Shown here piece after piece: positions 9,278 through 20,592 of a DNA stretch of 64,000 nucleotides. The notes under the pieces are model-generated. The model had not been told where the DNA came from. It made no database searches and was given only the letters and a program-made list of their open reading frames with translations. Where the stretch lies: the IMG/VR virus record IMGVR_UViG_3300042387_002331; one strand, 5' to 3'. This DNA comes from a virus. A program made the translations under genes and the position numbers. How positions within the stretch are numbered: position 1 is the first letter of the stretch; every line of letters starts with the position of its first letter.

Positions 9278-10044
9278 GAAGAATAGAAGATTATAACAAA
9301 GTTTTACCAATAGTAGAACTATATAGATGTGTTCAAAGCGAGGGATCTCGTTTTGGACGCCCTACAATAGCAATTAGAACAACAGGTTGTACTCATAGAT
9401 GTTTCTTTGGTGAAGGTGGTTGGTGTGACAGTTGGTACACCTCAATCCACCCAGAAAAAGGAACATTTACATTTAACGACATTATCAAAATATATGACGA
9501 AAACCCTCATATTAAAGAAATGATGTTAACAGGTGGTTCACCTACAATGCACCCTAAATTAGTTAATGAATTAACATATTTTGCATATGAAAGAGGTATT
9601 ATTATTACTATTGAAACCGAAGGTTCTCATTTCCTTCCTACTGACTATCCTATATCTCTTATATCGCTCAGTCCTAAATTTGGTAATTCTATACCCGTAC
9701 TTGGTGCTGTTACGCCTCAAGGAGCGATTGTGGATCAAAAAATGATTGATCAACACAATAAATTTCGCTTAAAATTAGATACAATCAAACAAATGATTAC
9801 TCATCATTCCGATTACCACTACAAACCAGTTTGGGATGGTACTGAAGAAAATTTAGCTGAAATTGAAGCGTTTAGAGTTGCATTAGATATTCCAAAACAT
9901 AAAACCTTTATTATGCCTGCTGGTGATACAAGAGAAGAGTTAATTAAAATGTATCCACTTGTATTTGATATGTGTGCTGAAAAAGGGTACAATATGACAG
10001 GACGAGACCACATTATTGCATTTGACACTAAAAGAGGGGTATAG
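9262..10044 (+). CDS. queE: 7-carboxy-7-deazaguanine synthase (radical SAM)
   Basis: VQSEG, IRTTGCTHRC...WCDS, LTGGSP, IETEG, SLSPK. Confidence 0.9.
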   Translation: MESKLGRIEDYNKVLPIVELYRCVQSEGSRFGRPTIAIRTTGCTHRCFFGEGGWCDSWYTSIHPEKGTFTFNDIIKIYDENPHIKEMMLTGGSPTMHPKLVNELTYFAYERGIIITIETEGSHFLPTDYPISLISLSPKFGNSIPVLGAVTPQGAIVDQKMIDQHNKFRLKLDTIKQMITHHSDYHYKPVWDGTEENLAEIEAFRVALDIPKHKTFIMPAGDTREELIKMYPLVFDMCAEKGYNMTGRDHIIAFDTKRGV

Positions 10045-10068
10045 AATATTATTTTCTACCCTTTTTTT
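10034..10068 (+). terminator. Intrinsic terminator after queE
   Basis: agggg-tataga...tcta-ccct stem followed by a T run. Confidence 0.5.
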
Positions 10069-10088
10069 ATATTTATAAGAAAAATAAA

Positions 10089-11693
10089 ATGAGCACTTTA
10101 AAAGTTAATAATATTGAACCTACTTTAGGTGATAATATTAGATTAACAGGAAATGTAACTATCATTACACCTGCCGGAAAAGAAATAGAATTTAATGATT
10201 CTAACACCACATTTAGTGGTTCTATTACTCTTACAGGATCTTTAGATACTGATAAAGGAGATGTTTTAATCAACGAAGGAAATTTAATTTTAAAATCTGG
10301 ATCTTTACTTATTGGTTCAGGAAGCTTAAACCAACAATCAACCACAGGATCAACTTCCGCTTCATATTGGAGTATCACCAGTTCAATAACAGTTACAGGT
10401 TCAGAAGGATCTGATTGGACTGTAGAAGTTGAAGGAGATACAACAGTTACAGGTTCATTTGGAGTATTAGGTGATACTGATTTTACAGGTGATGTAACTA
10501 TTAGTGGATGTTTAGATATTAATTGCTATAACGACGAAGGTAACCCTATTTTCTGGGCAATTGATGGTCGTACAACTCCATCCCCAGCTGGATTTGAATA
10601 TGTTTCTATTAACTTTAGTACATATGGAGATTTAACAGCAGGAATTGCTGCTGCAGCTGCCTCTTCAAACAACGTATGCTACATTTATGATCCTGCTACT
10701 GGAGTATATGCCCCTTATGGATACTCAGGAACAGATTTTGATGGTGTAGTTACATACATTTCAGCTTCTGGTCCTGAAATTGCTACAGGAACATTAGTTC
10801 AAATAGGATTCCCAACACCTATCCCAGGTGCTACCCCAATCTACCCAATTGGAACCGGATCTTTAACACCAGTTGCTTCTTTCTGTTGTGATGGAATTAC
10901 ATTATACAGTGATGTAACAATTTCAGGTGGATTAGATGTATATGGTCCTACAAATTTACATGATGGGCTGATTGTAACAGGATGTATTGAAATGTATTGT
11001 CCTGGAGATGAAGCAACATCATGGTATGGATATGAAGGGTCAGTTAGATTTTCAAAACCATCTGCTAGTGTATTCCTTAACTACACTTGGTTAGATCCTT
11101 CTTATGGAGATGTTAGAACAGCCATTTCAGCATCTGCTGCTGCAAATGGAGGAACACTTCAATTATACAATACAATAACAGGAACTACTCAAACAGTAAA
11201 CTATATAAGTTCAACATGGACTCAAACACTTACTATTATTGAGTATTCAACCCCAACACTTACAGCATATAGCCCAATGCCTGTAATTCATATTGGAAAC
11301 CAAACCCCAGATTTGCAACCTGATGGTGCAGATATTTTAATGGGATCTGGTTCAGCTACTCCAACTCAAACTGCAACTTTCTGTTGTGATGGAAACGTAT
11401 TATACGGAGACACAACATTTACAGGATCAGTTTCAATTACAGGTTCAACCTCTACAACAGGTTCAGTTACAGTAACAGGACCTACAGAAATTACAGGTTC
11501 AGTAGATATTAAAGGTGATGGAAAAATTTCAGGATCTCTTGAAGTATCTGGAGGGCTTGCTTTACCTAAAGTATTAGATGGCCCACCAGCATATACTGGT
11601 AAAAAAGGTGAAATGGTATTTGGAGTTGATGGTAGTAACTATTTCTTTTATGTTTATTTAGATGGTGCTTGGAAATCAGGATCATTAGCATAA
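10089..11693 (+). CDS. Virion structural (fibre-like) protein with TGS repeats and an internal duplication
   Basis: MSTLKVNNIEP start, many (V/I)TGS repeats, two C..C...FCCDG units; class C promoter. Confidence 0.6.
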   Translation: MSTLKVNNIEPTLGDNIRLTGNVTIITPAGKEIEFNDSNTTFSGSITLTGSLDTDKGDVLINEGNLILKSGSLLIGSGSLNQQSTTGSTSASYWSITSSITVTGSEGSDWTVEVEGDTTVTGSFGVLGDTDFTGDVTISGCLDINCYNDEGNPIFWAIDGRTTPSPAGFEYVSINFSTYGDLTAGIAAAAASSNNVCYIYDPATGVYAPYGYSGTDFDGVVTYISASGPEIATGTLVQIGFPTPIPGATPIYPIGTGSLTPVASFCCDGITLYSDVTISGGLDVYGPTNLHDGLIVTGCIEMYCPGDEATSWYGYEGSVRFSKPSASVFLNYTWLDPSYGDVRTAISASAAANGGTLQLYNTITGTTQTVNYISSTWTQTLTIIEYSTPTLTAYSPMPVIHIGNQTPDLQPDGADILMGSGSATPTQTATFCCDGNVLYGDTTFTGSVSITGSTSTTGSVTVTGPTEITGSVDIKGDGKISGSLEVSGGLALPKVLDGPPAYTGKKGEMVFGVDGSNYFFYVYLDGAWKSGSLA

Positions 11694-11770
11694 AAAAATC
11701 CAACATTTTTAAAAAATAATTTGGCCCCTTAAAGGGGCCTTATTACATTTATATAAAATAATTAAGTTAT

Positions 11771-12469
11771 ATGTCAGAAAACACACGTAGAAAAAAACAC
11801 ACAGAACTAGAATGTGTACAAGTAGGTTTTGCAAATGGAGTTGCACCTGGTTTTCCCCTTACTGAGAAAGAAAAATGGGATATGGTTGATAAAGCAGAAG
11901 CTGCTTACGGCCAATTCCTAGATGCTTTAGGATGTGATTGGCGAAACGACCCAAATTCATCAGAAACACCTCGTCGAGTAGCTAAAGCTTATGTATTTGA
12001 CTTATGGGCAGGTAGATATACTGCAATGTCAGATATTACTTCATTTCCATCAGACGGATACGATGGCATTGTAATTGAGCGAAATATCCCAGTTACTTCA
12101 ATGTGTTCACACCACCACCAAACAATTGGAGGAGTAGTTCATATTGGCTATGTAGTTGGAGAAGGTGGACGAGTAATTGGTTTATCTAAACTAAACCGCA
12201 TTGTAGAATTATTTGGCCGTAGAGGAGCAATTCAAGAACAGTTAACCTCAGCAGTCCACAATGCAGTAAACAAAGTATGTGAAGGAAATAGAGGTATTAT
12301 CGTTACAGTAGTAGCAACTCACAATTGCGTATCTTGTAGAGGAGTAAAACATCAAGGTGCTTCTATGGTTACTACCAAAGCATCAGGTGTGTTTATTGAA
12401 AACGATAACCAAGCACGTAAGGAATTTTTCGATAGTATTAAAATTAATAATGGTGGACACCAAATTTAA
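11771..12469 (+). CDS. folE: GTP cyclohydrolase I
   Basis: ETPRRVAK, SMCSHH, IGLSKLNR, IQEQLT, HNCVSCRGV. Confidence 0.95.
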   Translation: MSENTRRKKHTELECVQVGFANGVAPGFPLTEKEKWDMVDKAEAAYGQFLDALGCDWRNDPNSSETPRRVAKAYVFDLWAGRYTAMSDITSFPSDGYDGIVIERNIPVTSMCSHHHQTIGGVVHIGYVVGEGGRVIGLSKLNRIVELFGRRGAIQEQLTSAVHNAVNKVCEGNRGIIVTVVATHNCVSCRGVKHQGASMVTTKASGVFIENDNQARKEFFDSIKINNGGHQI

Positions 12470-12474
12470 AAGTT

Positions 12475-12702
12475 ATGGACAAAACACAATTACTCTATGA
12501 GGCTTTAGAGTCAAAATATCTAGCCCAAATTGCTGAAGCAAAAGCAACACTAGCAATCTATTTTACAAGTTCAGTTGGTATTGGAGAACACCCACAACAC
12601 CTTGAAGAAATGGACAAATTTGTAGCCCAATTAGCTGAAGCTGAAGATAAACTTGAAACCCTTCAAGCATTGAAATTAATTGACCCTTCAACTCCATTTT
12701 AA
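12475..12702 (+). CDS. Small phage hypothetical protein
   Basis: VGIGEHP motif. Confidence 0.65.
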   Translation: MDKTQLLYEALESKYLAQIAEAKATLAIYFTSSVGIGEHPQHLEEMDKFVAQLAEAEDKLETLQALKLIDPSTPF

Positions 12703-12703
12703 T

Positions 12704-12865
12704 ATGACAGAGTTAGAACAAAAACAAGAAGAATTAATTGATCTTCTTAAAGGCCAAGTAATCGATCTTTCAATAATGTCTAAAATTGAACTTGGAGATG
12801 ATGTAATTCAAGAATGGAATAAGTTAAATAAAGAAATTCAAAACATAAAAGAAAATCATGGATAG
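12704..12865 (+). CDS. Hypothetical protein
   Basis: Coupled ORF. Confidence 0.5.
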   Translation: MTELEQKQEELIDLLKGQVIDLSIMSKIELGDDVIQEWNKLNKEIQNIKENHG

Positions 12866-13523
12866 AAAAGAAATTCAAGAAAAATTCAATATCCCAGACA
12901 ATACTATTTGTTTTTTTGATAATGAAAAACCTTTAGTAGAGTTCCGTGAAAATGGAGATATTGTTATTAAAGGAGAAGTAGTTAAAAATGATCCTGAAGT
13001 AGTAGAGGGAATGAGTGTAATTGCTCAAAACCTAAGTTACCCCGAAATAGGGAAAGATTTTTTACCTTTTGTCGATGAAGTTGAAGAGTTTAATGCAATT
13101 ATGGGAAAGCCCAATAATTATACCCCGGTCATTCCCGCTGAGAAGGAATGGATGTTTGTCTATAACTTTATTTTGGAAGAACTAGAAGAATATAAACATG
13201 CATGTGAACAAGGAGACATTGTTGAAGTTCTTGATGCTCTATGTGACATTGCCTACGTTTCCCTTGGAAACGGAACTATGTTGCATGGTCTTAAGGATAA
13301 ATTATGGCCCGCATATCAAGAAGTACAAGCGTCAAATCTTAGCAAAGCTTGCTTTAGTGAAGAAGAGGCACAAGAAACCGTTAGAGTTCGCTCCGAAGAG
13401 CAAAAGGAACCGTGTCACTATGAAAAGGTTGGTAAATATTTTATCGTCTATAGAACACGTGATCGCAAAGTAATGAAAAACATTAACTATTTTAGACCTG
13501 ATTTAACACAATTTTTTAAATAA
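12858..13523 (+). CDS. MazG-like all-alpha NTP pyrophosphohydrolase
   Basis: EELEEY...EVLDALCDIAYV...EVQASNLSK, KVMK..Y..PDL. Confidence 0.8.
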   Translation: MDRKEIQEKFNIPDNTICFFDNEKPLVEFRENGDIVIKGEVVKNDPEVVEGMSVIAQNLSYPEIGKDFLPFVDEVEEFNAIMGKPNNYTPVIPAEKEWMFVYNFILEELEEYKHACEQGDIVEVLDALCDIAYVSLGNGTMLHGLKDKLWPAYQEVQASNLSKACFSEEEAQETVRVRSEEQKEPCHYEKVGKYFIVYRTRDRKVMKNINYFRPDLTQFFK

Positions 13524-13529
13524 TAAAAC

Positions 13530-13829
13530 ATGAGAAACCCACAACAAATTATTTTTGATTTAAAACACACTATACATTGTTCTCAACCCAATGTTAGGTT
13601 TTATGATTTAATTCAACTAGTAAATGAATTAGAACATTCTTTAAATACTAAATCATCTCAAGAAGAAATTTTATCAATGCCTGCTCCTGTAGTTGAAGAA
13701 GTAGTAGCGGAGGAAGTTACTATTGAAGATGTAATTGAAGAGTTTACAATTGAAGACATAGCAGAAGAAGTTACTGTTGAAGATGTAACAGGAGAAATTA
13801 CAACTAAAAAGACAAAGTCTAAAAAATAA
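13530..13829 (+). CDS. Hypothetical protein with acidic EE(V/F)TIED repeats
   Basis: Three or four 9-aa acidic repeats and a basic tail. Confidence 0.55.
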   Translation: MRNPQQIIFDLKHTIHCSQPNVRFYDLIQLVNELEHSLNTKSSQEEILSMPAPVVEEVVAEEVTIEDVIEEFTIEDIAEEVTVEDVTGEITTKKTKSKK

Positions 13830-13853
13830 TAATTTAGTTTTTTAATAAAAGTT

Positions 13854-16583
13854 ATGTATCAAGCGGTTTTCTATAACAGATTACCTGGGGAAGATCAATG
13901 GAGTTACTATCTCAGGGATGACAAAAAAGGAATACACAAATTCCAGTATTGGCCCACTGTCTATAAACTTGATGAAGAGGGGGAATTCGAAACACTATTT
14001 GGTGATAGATGTTCTCCTCTTCAAGGCAAGTACGATAGAAAAGATCCTACTATTTTAGAAAAAGATATTGATCGTGAACTTGTACTGTTGAGGGATTTGT
14101 ATTTCGAAACAGATGAAATGCCCTCTTATCACAATACCGTTTATTTAGATATTGAGATTGAAATTTTAGGTGCACTTACTCCACAAACAATTAAAGAAGC
14201 AAATGCTGAAGTTACAGCAATTGCCTTAATTGACACTTCTACCAAGGAAAAAATATGTTTTATCCTAGATAAAGACAATAAAATAGAAGAGCTAAATTCA
14301 GATGGTAAAGTAATTATACCTTGTCCTGATGAAAATACATTGTTACGCAAGTTTTTATTGAAATGGGAACAGATGGACCCTACAATTGTAGTAGGTTACA
14401 ACAGTGATTTCTTTGATATCCCGTACTTATACTATAGAATTAAAAAACGTTTAGGAGATGAAGTAAACCGTTTATCCCCTATAGGTAAAGTTGAAGAAGT
14501 ACCATCCCAACCAAATTCCCCAATTCGAATTGGCTTAGTTAACTGTCTTGATTTTATGCACTTGCTTCGCAAGTACATTATGAAGGAAGAACCATCTTAC
14601 AAGTTAGGTGATATTGGAACAAAGTATGCTAAACTAGGTAAGATAGAATACAATGGTAATCTTGACACATTGTTTAGAGAAGATCCAAACAAATTTATAG
14701 ACTATAACATTCGAGACGTTGAAATTATAGAAGCGTTAGAGGAAAAATTAAAGTTTATTGAATTGACAGTTTTGATTTCTCACCTATGTCATACACCATA
14801 TGAATCAATCTACTACAATACTATATTGAATGAAGGTGCTATTTTAACGTATTTAAAACGTAAAGGTATTATCGCACCAAATAAACCAACAACTACAAAT
14901 CCCACGATTAGAGATTTAGAGTTAGGCGATCATGTAGTACATCAAAGAGGTACTCCTACAATTGAAGGTACGGTGTATAGCTTTGAAGATAAACAGATTA
15001 TCATTAAAACAATGTCTGGAAAATATATTTCCCGTAACCCTAAAACGGTTAAGAAAAAAGACAGTTACGCAGGTGGATATTTACTTGACCCTATCCCAGG
15101 GTTGTATTCGGATGTATCCGACTTAGACTTTACTTCACTGTATCCTTCGATTATAAAATCCCTTAATTTAGGTGTTGAAACATTAGTAGGTAGAATTGTT
15201 ACAAAAGATAATTACGAACAGTACAATTCACTTGAGCAACTTAAAAAACGTGATCCTGAAGAAAAAATACGCATTCAAAAACTAAACCGATACTCCTATC
15301 AACTTAAAGATGCCAATATAGCAATAGGATACTTAATTAATCTTATTGAAGATAATCAATGGACTATTTCAGCTAGTGGAGCGTTTTTTACAACCGATAA
15401 AAAAAGTATTGCTTGTGAGGTACTTGAAGATTGGTTCGATCAGCGAGAGCATTATCGAGCACTTAAGAAAAAAGCAGGTAAAGCGGAAGATTGGGCAAAT
15501 TATAAACTATATGATTTGTATCAAATGGCGTTTAAAATCTTACAAAACGCTTTATATGGTACATATGCAATTAATTCATGGCGTTTTACTGATGGATTTA
15601 AAATGTGCTCTGCAGGTATTACAAACAGTGGTCAACGCCTTACAAAAGAATCGATTAACTTTGTAAACCAATATATTTCTGATCAACTTGAAATTGATTT
15701 AAAACCATTTGTGATTGCTTCGGATACCGATTCACTTTACATGGAATTAACGGATTTGCTTAAAAAGCGTAACCCTGATTTAAACTACGAAGATCGTGAA
15801 GAAAAAATTAAACGATTACTAGTTTTAACAGAGGAACTTCAAGATGTAGCAAACGCAAATCTAAACAATATTACGCAAGATCTATTCAATATGACTGGTA
15901 AACACCACTTCGTGTTAAAGCAGGAGGTAATCGCTGAAAAAGCATATTGGGCTGGTAAACGCCGTTACGCTATTTACATTGTAAACAAAGAAGGTGTACC
16001 AATTGAGGAACTAGAGATGAAGGGATTAGACATTATGAAATCGAACTTCCCTCCATACTTTAGAAATTTTGGAGAAGAACTTATCAAATCCATTCTATTC
16101 AGCAAACCAAAAGAAGACATAGATAAGTTTGTAATGGACTTTAAAAATTCAATGCAAACGGTAGAGTGGATAAAGTTGCTTAAACCAACTGGATTGAAGA
16201 AAATGGGTGAATATATTGAACGTAGACCTATGGCTGGTGAATTATTCTCTAAATTGAAATTGAAATGTCCAATCAACACTAAAGCAGCTATAATATACAA
16301 TGACTTTTTACGTTACAAGAAACTTAATGTAAAGCATCCTGAATTTACAATTGGGGATAAAATGTATATAGCTTATTTAAAACCAAACCCATACCAAATT
16401 GAGGTAATAGGTTACAACGGTTACAACGACCCAAGTGAAATTACAGAATTGATCAACAAGTACATTGATCGCGATGGCTTATTTGATAGTGTAATCAGAA
16501 ACAAATTGGAAGGTGTTTACAATGATATTGGATGGTCTTTAAACTTAAATCCGTTTAAAGCGAAATTTTTTAGTTTTTCATAA
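13854..16583 (+). CDS. polB: Family B DNA polymerase (T4 gp43-like)
   Basis: DIE and YNxxFFD exonuclease motifs, DFTSLYPS, KILQNALYG, SDTDS, KRRY. Confidence 0.96.
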   Translation: MYQAVFYNRLPGEDQWSYYLRDDKKGIHKFQYWPTVYKLDEEGEFETLFGDRCSPLQGKYDRKDPTILEKDIDRELVLLRDLYFETDEMPSYHNTVYLDIEIEILGALTPQTIKEANAEVTAIALIDTSTKEKICFILDKDNKIEELNSDGKVIIPCPDENTLLRKFLLKWEQMDPTIVVGYNSDFFDIPYLYYRIKKRLGDEVNRLSPIGKVEEVPSQPNSPIRIGLVNCLDFMHLLRKYIMKEEPSYKLGDIGTKYAKLGKIEYNGNLDTLFREDPNKFIDYNIRDVEIIEALEEKLKFIELTVLISHLCHTPYESIYYNTILNEGAILTYLKRKGIIAPNKPTTTNPTIRDLELGDHVVHQRGTPTIEGTVYSFEDKQIIIKTMSGKYISRNPKTVKKKDSYAGGYLLDPIPGLYSDVSDLDFTSLYPSIIKSLNLGVETLVGRIVTKDNYEQYNSLEQLKKRDPEEKIRIQKLNRYSYQLKDANIAIGYLINLIEDNQWTISASGAFFTTDKKSIACEVLEDWFDQREHYRALKKKAGKAEDWANYKLYDLYQMAFKILQNALYGTYAINSWRFTDGFKMCSAGITNSGQRLTKESINFVNQYISDQLEIDLKPFVIASDTDSLYMELTDLLKKRNPDLNYEDREEKIKRLLVLTEELQDVANANLNNITQDLFNMTGKHHFVLKQEVIAEKAYWAGKRRYAIYIVNKEGVPIEELEMKGLDIMKSNFPPYFRNFGEELIKSILFSKPKEDIDKFVMDFKNSMQTVEWIKLLKPTGLKKMGEYIERRPMAGELFSKLKLKCPINTKAAIIYNDFLRYKKLNVKHPEFTIGDKMYIAYLKPNPYQIEVIGYNGYNDPSEITELINKYIDRDGLFDSVIRNKLEGVYNDIGWSLNLNPFKAKFFSFS

Positions 16584-16652
16584 AAGATTTGATATCCCTA
16601 TCATTTTTCCTTATTTGTATAATATGTATAACTAGAAAAAAATTAACAAACA

Positions 16653-17147
16653 ATGGCAAAAGAATTATTACGCATGCAATTATTGGCTGGAGTTATTACG
16701 GAAGGTCAATATAAAGAAAAAATGGAAGAAGCAGAAGGTGAAAAGGTAGATTTTGATCAAATTGCATCTGAATTATCCTCAGACTTTAAAGTAAAACCTG
16801 ATGAAGTTAAAAAATCTATGGATTTAGTAGATGAAGCTAAAATCAATGAAGATTATCTTACAGGAGTAGCAGAAGGACCAGAAGTAATAGCTGGGGCTGT
16901 TGCACTTGTTGGAGGTATTGTTGGAGCTTTAGTTGGGTACTTTAAATGGGAAGCAAATGCCAATTTAAGAAGTTACGTTGAAAATGAAGCTGAACAAATA
17001 GTTATTAAGAAAATGAAAGAAGCAGGATTAGACCCTAAAGAAGTTGATAAAGCTGAAATGAAAGAATTAGTAAAACTTACAGTTGCTGATTTAAGAAAAG
17101 ATGCAGAATTTATAAAAATGGCTAAAAAAGCATCTTCAGCTTACTAA
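16653..17147 (+). CDS. Hypothetical protein with RMQLLAGVITE tag and hydrophobic segment
   Basis: Class C promoter; tag shared with 24611. Confidence 0.65.
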   Translation: MAKELLRMQLLAGVITEGQYKEKMEEAEGEKVDFDQIASELSSDFKVKPDEVKKSMDLVDEAKINEDYLTGVAEGPEVIAGAVALVGGIVGALVGYFKWEANANLRSYVENEAEQIVIKKMKEAGLDPKEVDKAEMKELVKLTVADLRKDAEFIKMAKKASSAY

Positions 17148-17173
17148 AATAAAATTAAAATATCTTTATAGAA

Positions 17174-17199
17174 AAGCTTGCCTATTGGCAGGCTTTTTC
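17174..17199 (+). terminator. Hairpin terminator overlapping a class A promoter
   Basis: aagcttgcc tatt ggcaggctt ttt. Confidence 0.65.
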
Positions 17200-17212
17200 T
17201 TATCTTTAGCGC

Positions 17213-17947
17213 ATGGTAAATAAATTAGTTCTACAATCGGTTATAAACAAATACTACTTAGGCGAAAACGAATCCGTTAAGTGGAAAATCAAAGACAAAA
17301 CACTTACCATTGACTTTATGTCTGTAAACAAAGAAGTCATAGGTAAAATTATCCACACAAATTTTGATGTTGAAGACAGTGAATTAGCTATCTTTGACAC
17401 TAAAAAATTACTAAACTTACTAAGCATCACCCAAGGTGATCTAATGTTTAGTTTAGAAAAGGGTAAAAACGTTTACACTAAAATGCATTTTGCAGACAAT
17501 GCTTTTAACTTAACATATGCACTTGCTGATCCACTTTTAATTGGAAAAGTAGGTTCTGTAACAGAACCAGAATGGGATGCAGTTTTGCCTCTAGAAAAAG
17601 AATTTGTTGACAATTTAGTTAAAGCAAAAAACGCTTTAACAGGTATCGGCTCAATGACACTTTCAATTGATGTTGACATGAATGGAGACGATATGTGTTT
17701 ATTTACATTTGGAGACGAGCAAGGCCACAACAACAAAATTACCTATCAAATGTACGGTACAATCAAACAAGAAAAAGTTGAAATACCATTCAACTCAGAC
17801 ATGTTTAGAAACATTTTAAAAGAAAACAAAGACCTAGAAAGTGGAAACATCTATTTGAGCTATCAGGGTTTAATGAAACTGGAGTTCAAGTCAGAAGATA
17901 CAACATGCGAGTATTATATGGTACGTAAAGAAGAAAGTGCCTTTTAG
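17213..17947 (+). CDS. DNA polymerase sliding clamp (gp45/PCNA-like)
   Basis: 244 aa beta-rich two-domain pattern ending YYMVRKE; lies between polB and the clamp loader. Confidence 0.7.
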   Translation: MVNKLVLQSVINKYYLGENESVKWKIKDKTLTIDFMSVNKEVIGKIIHTNFDVEDSELAIFDTKKLLNLLSITQGDLMFSLEKGKNVYTKMHFADNAFNLTYALADPLLIGKVGSVTEPEWDAVLPLEKEFVDNLVKAKNALTGIGSMTLSIDVDMNGDDMCLFTFGDEQGHNNKITYQMYGTIKQEKVEIPFNSDMFRNILKENKDLESGNIYLSYQGLMKLEFKSEDTTCEYYMVRKEESAF

Positions 17948-18015
17948 TATGTATAATAGAATTAGGTAATTCAAAATAGTTTTAGTATATTACAGTTATA
18001 AATTTAAATTTAGTT

Positions 18016-18368
18016 ATGAAAGAAACCAAACGACGAGGCCGTCCTGCTAGGGACGAAAATGACACACAATCAAACTTATGCACAATTAAAGATCCAGCAA
18101 TGGAACCTTTCTACATTGTAAAAGATGCTACAAACTTTACAGTTATAGAAAGATCTATTGCTACAAGAGGATTTGGTGGTAAAAAAGCATCCGGTAAAGA
18201 AGTTGAAAAAGTTGTAGGATACTACAGTAGCTTTGGAAATGCTGTAAACCGCATTGCAAAAGAAAAGTTTTATCAAAATGAAGGTGAATATGAAACCATT
18301 CAAGGGTATATCACCACCTGGAGTAAAGTAAAAGAAGGAATGGAATCAATGTTAAACAAATTAGAAAT

Positions 18369-18372
<4 letters not shown>
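18016..18372 (+). CDS. Hypothetical protein with N-terminal AT-hook-like RRGRP
   Basis: ORF after a TAG-N20-TATATT promoter variant. Confidence 0.6.
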
Positions 18373-20298
<1,926 letters not shown>

Positions 20299-20299
20299 T

Positions 20300-20563
20300 A
20301 TGAAAGTAGAAAAAGTAGAATACAACGAGCTTATCGCAACACGAGTACCCCCAGGAGATTCCTGGGTGCTCGTGAACGATAGAAACAAGGTGATTCACAA
20401 GTCACTTACTGATGCTTTAGAAGCATGGTTTGAAGCAAACCAAGAAAAAGTAGAGTTTCGTTTAGCTCCTTTAGACAGTAAATTGTATGCTATTCGGAGC
20501 GAAGAAAAAGAAATTCAACCCGAACCTACAAAACGATACAATTTATATGGGGACCCAATGTAA
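20300..20563 (+). CDS. Hypothetical protein
   Basis: Coupled ORF. Confidence 0.6.
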   Translation: MKVEKVEYNELIATRVPPGDSWVLVNDRNKVIHKSLTDALEAWFEANQEKVEFRLAPLDSKLYAIRSEEKEIQPEPTKRYNLYGDPM

Positions 20564-20578
20564 TGGGTCCTCTTTTTT
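20551..20578 (+). terminator. Intrinsic terminator
   Basis: ggaccca atgtaa tgggtcc tctttttt. Confidence 0.65.
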
Positions 20579-20592
20579 AGATATTTATAATT

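Noticed and set aside
6175-12469. Que genes as a tRNA queuosine auxiliary pathway
   Set aside because: No queF, queA or queG in the window, and the TGT-like protein lacks the Zn-binding C-terminal region of tRNA TGT. DNA modification is more plausible, though unproven.
14885-15062. Intein in the polymerase
   Set aside because: Too short, with no N-terminal C/S or C-terminal HN splice motifs.
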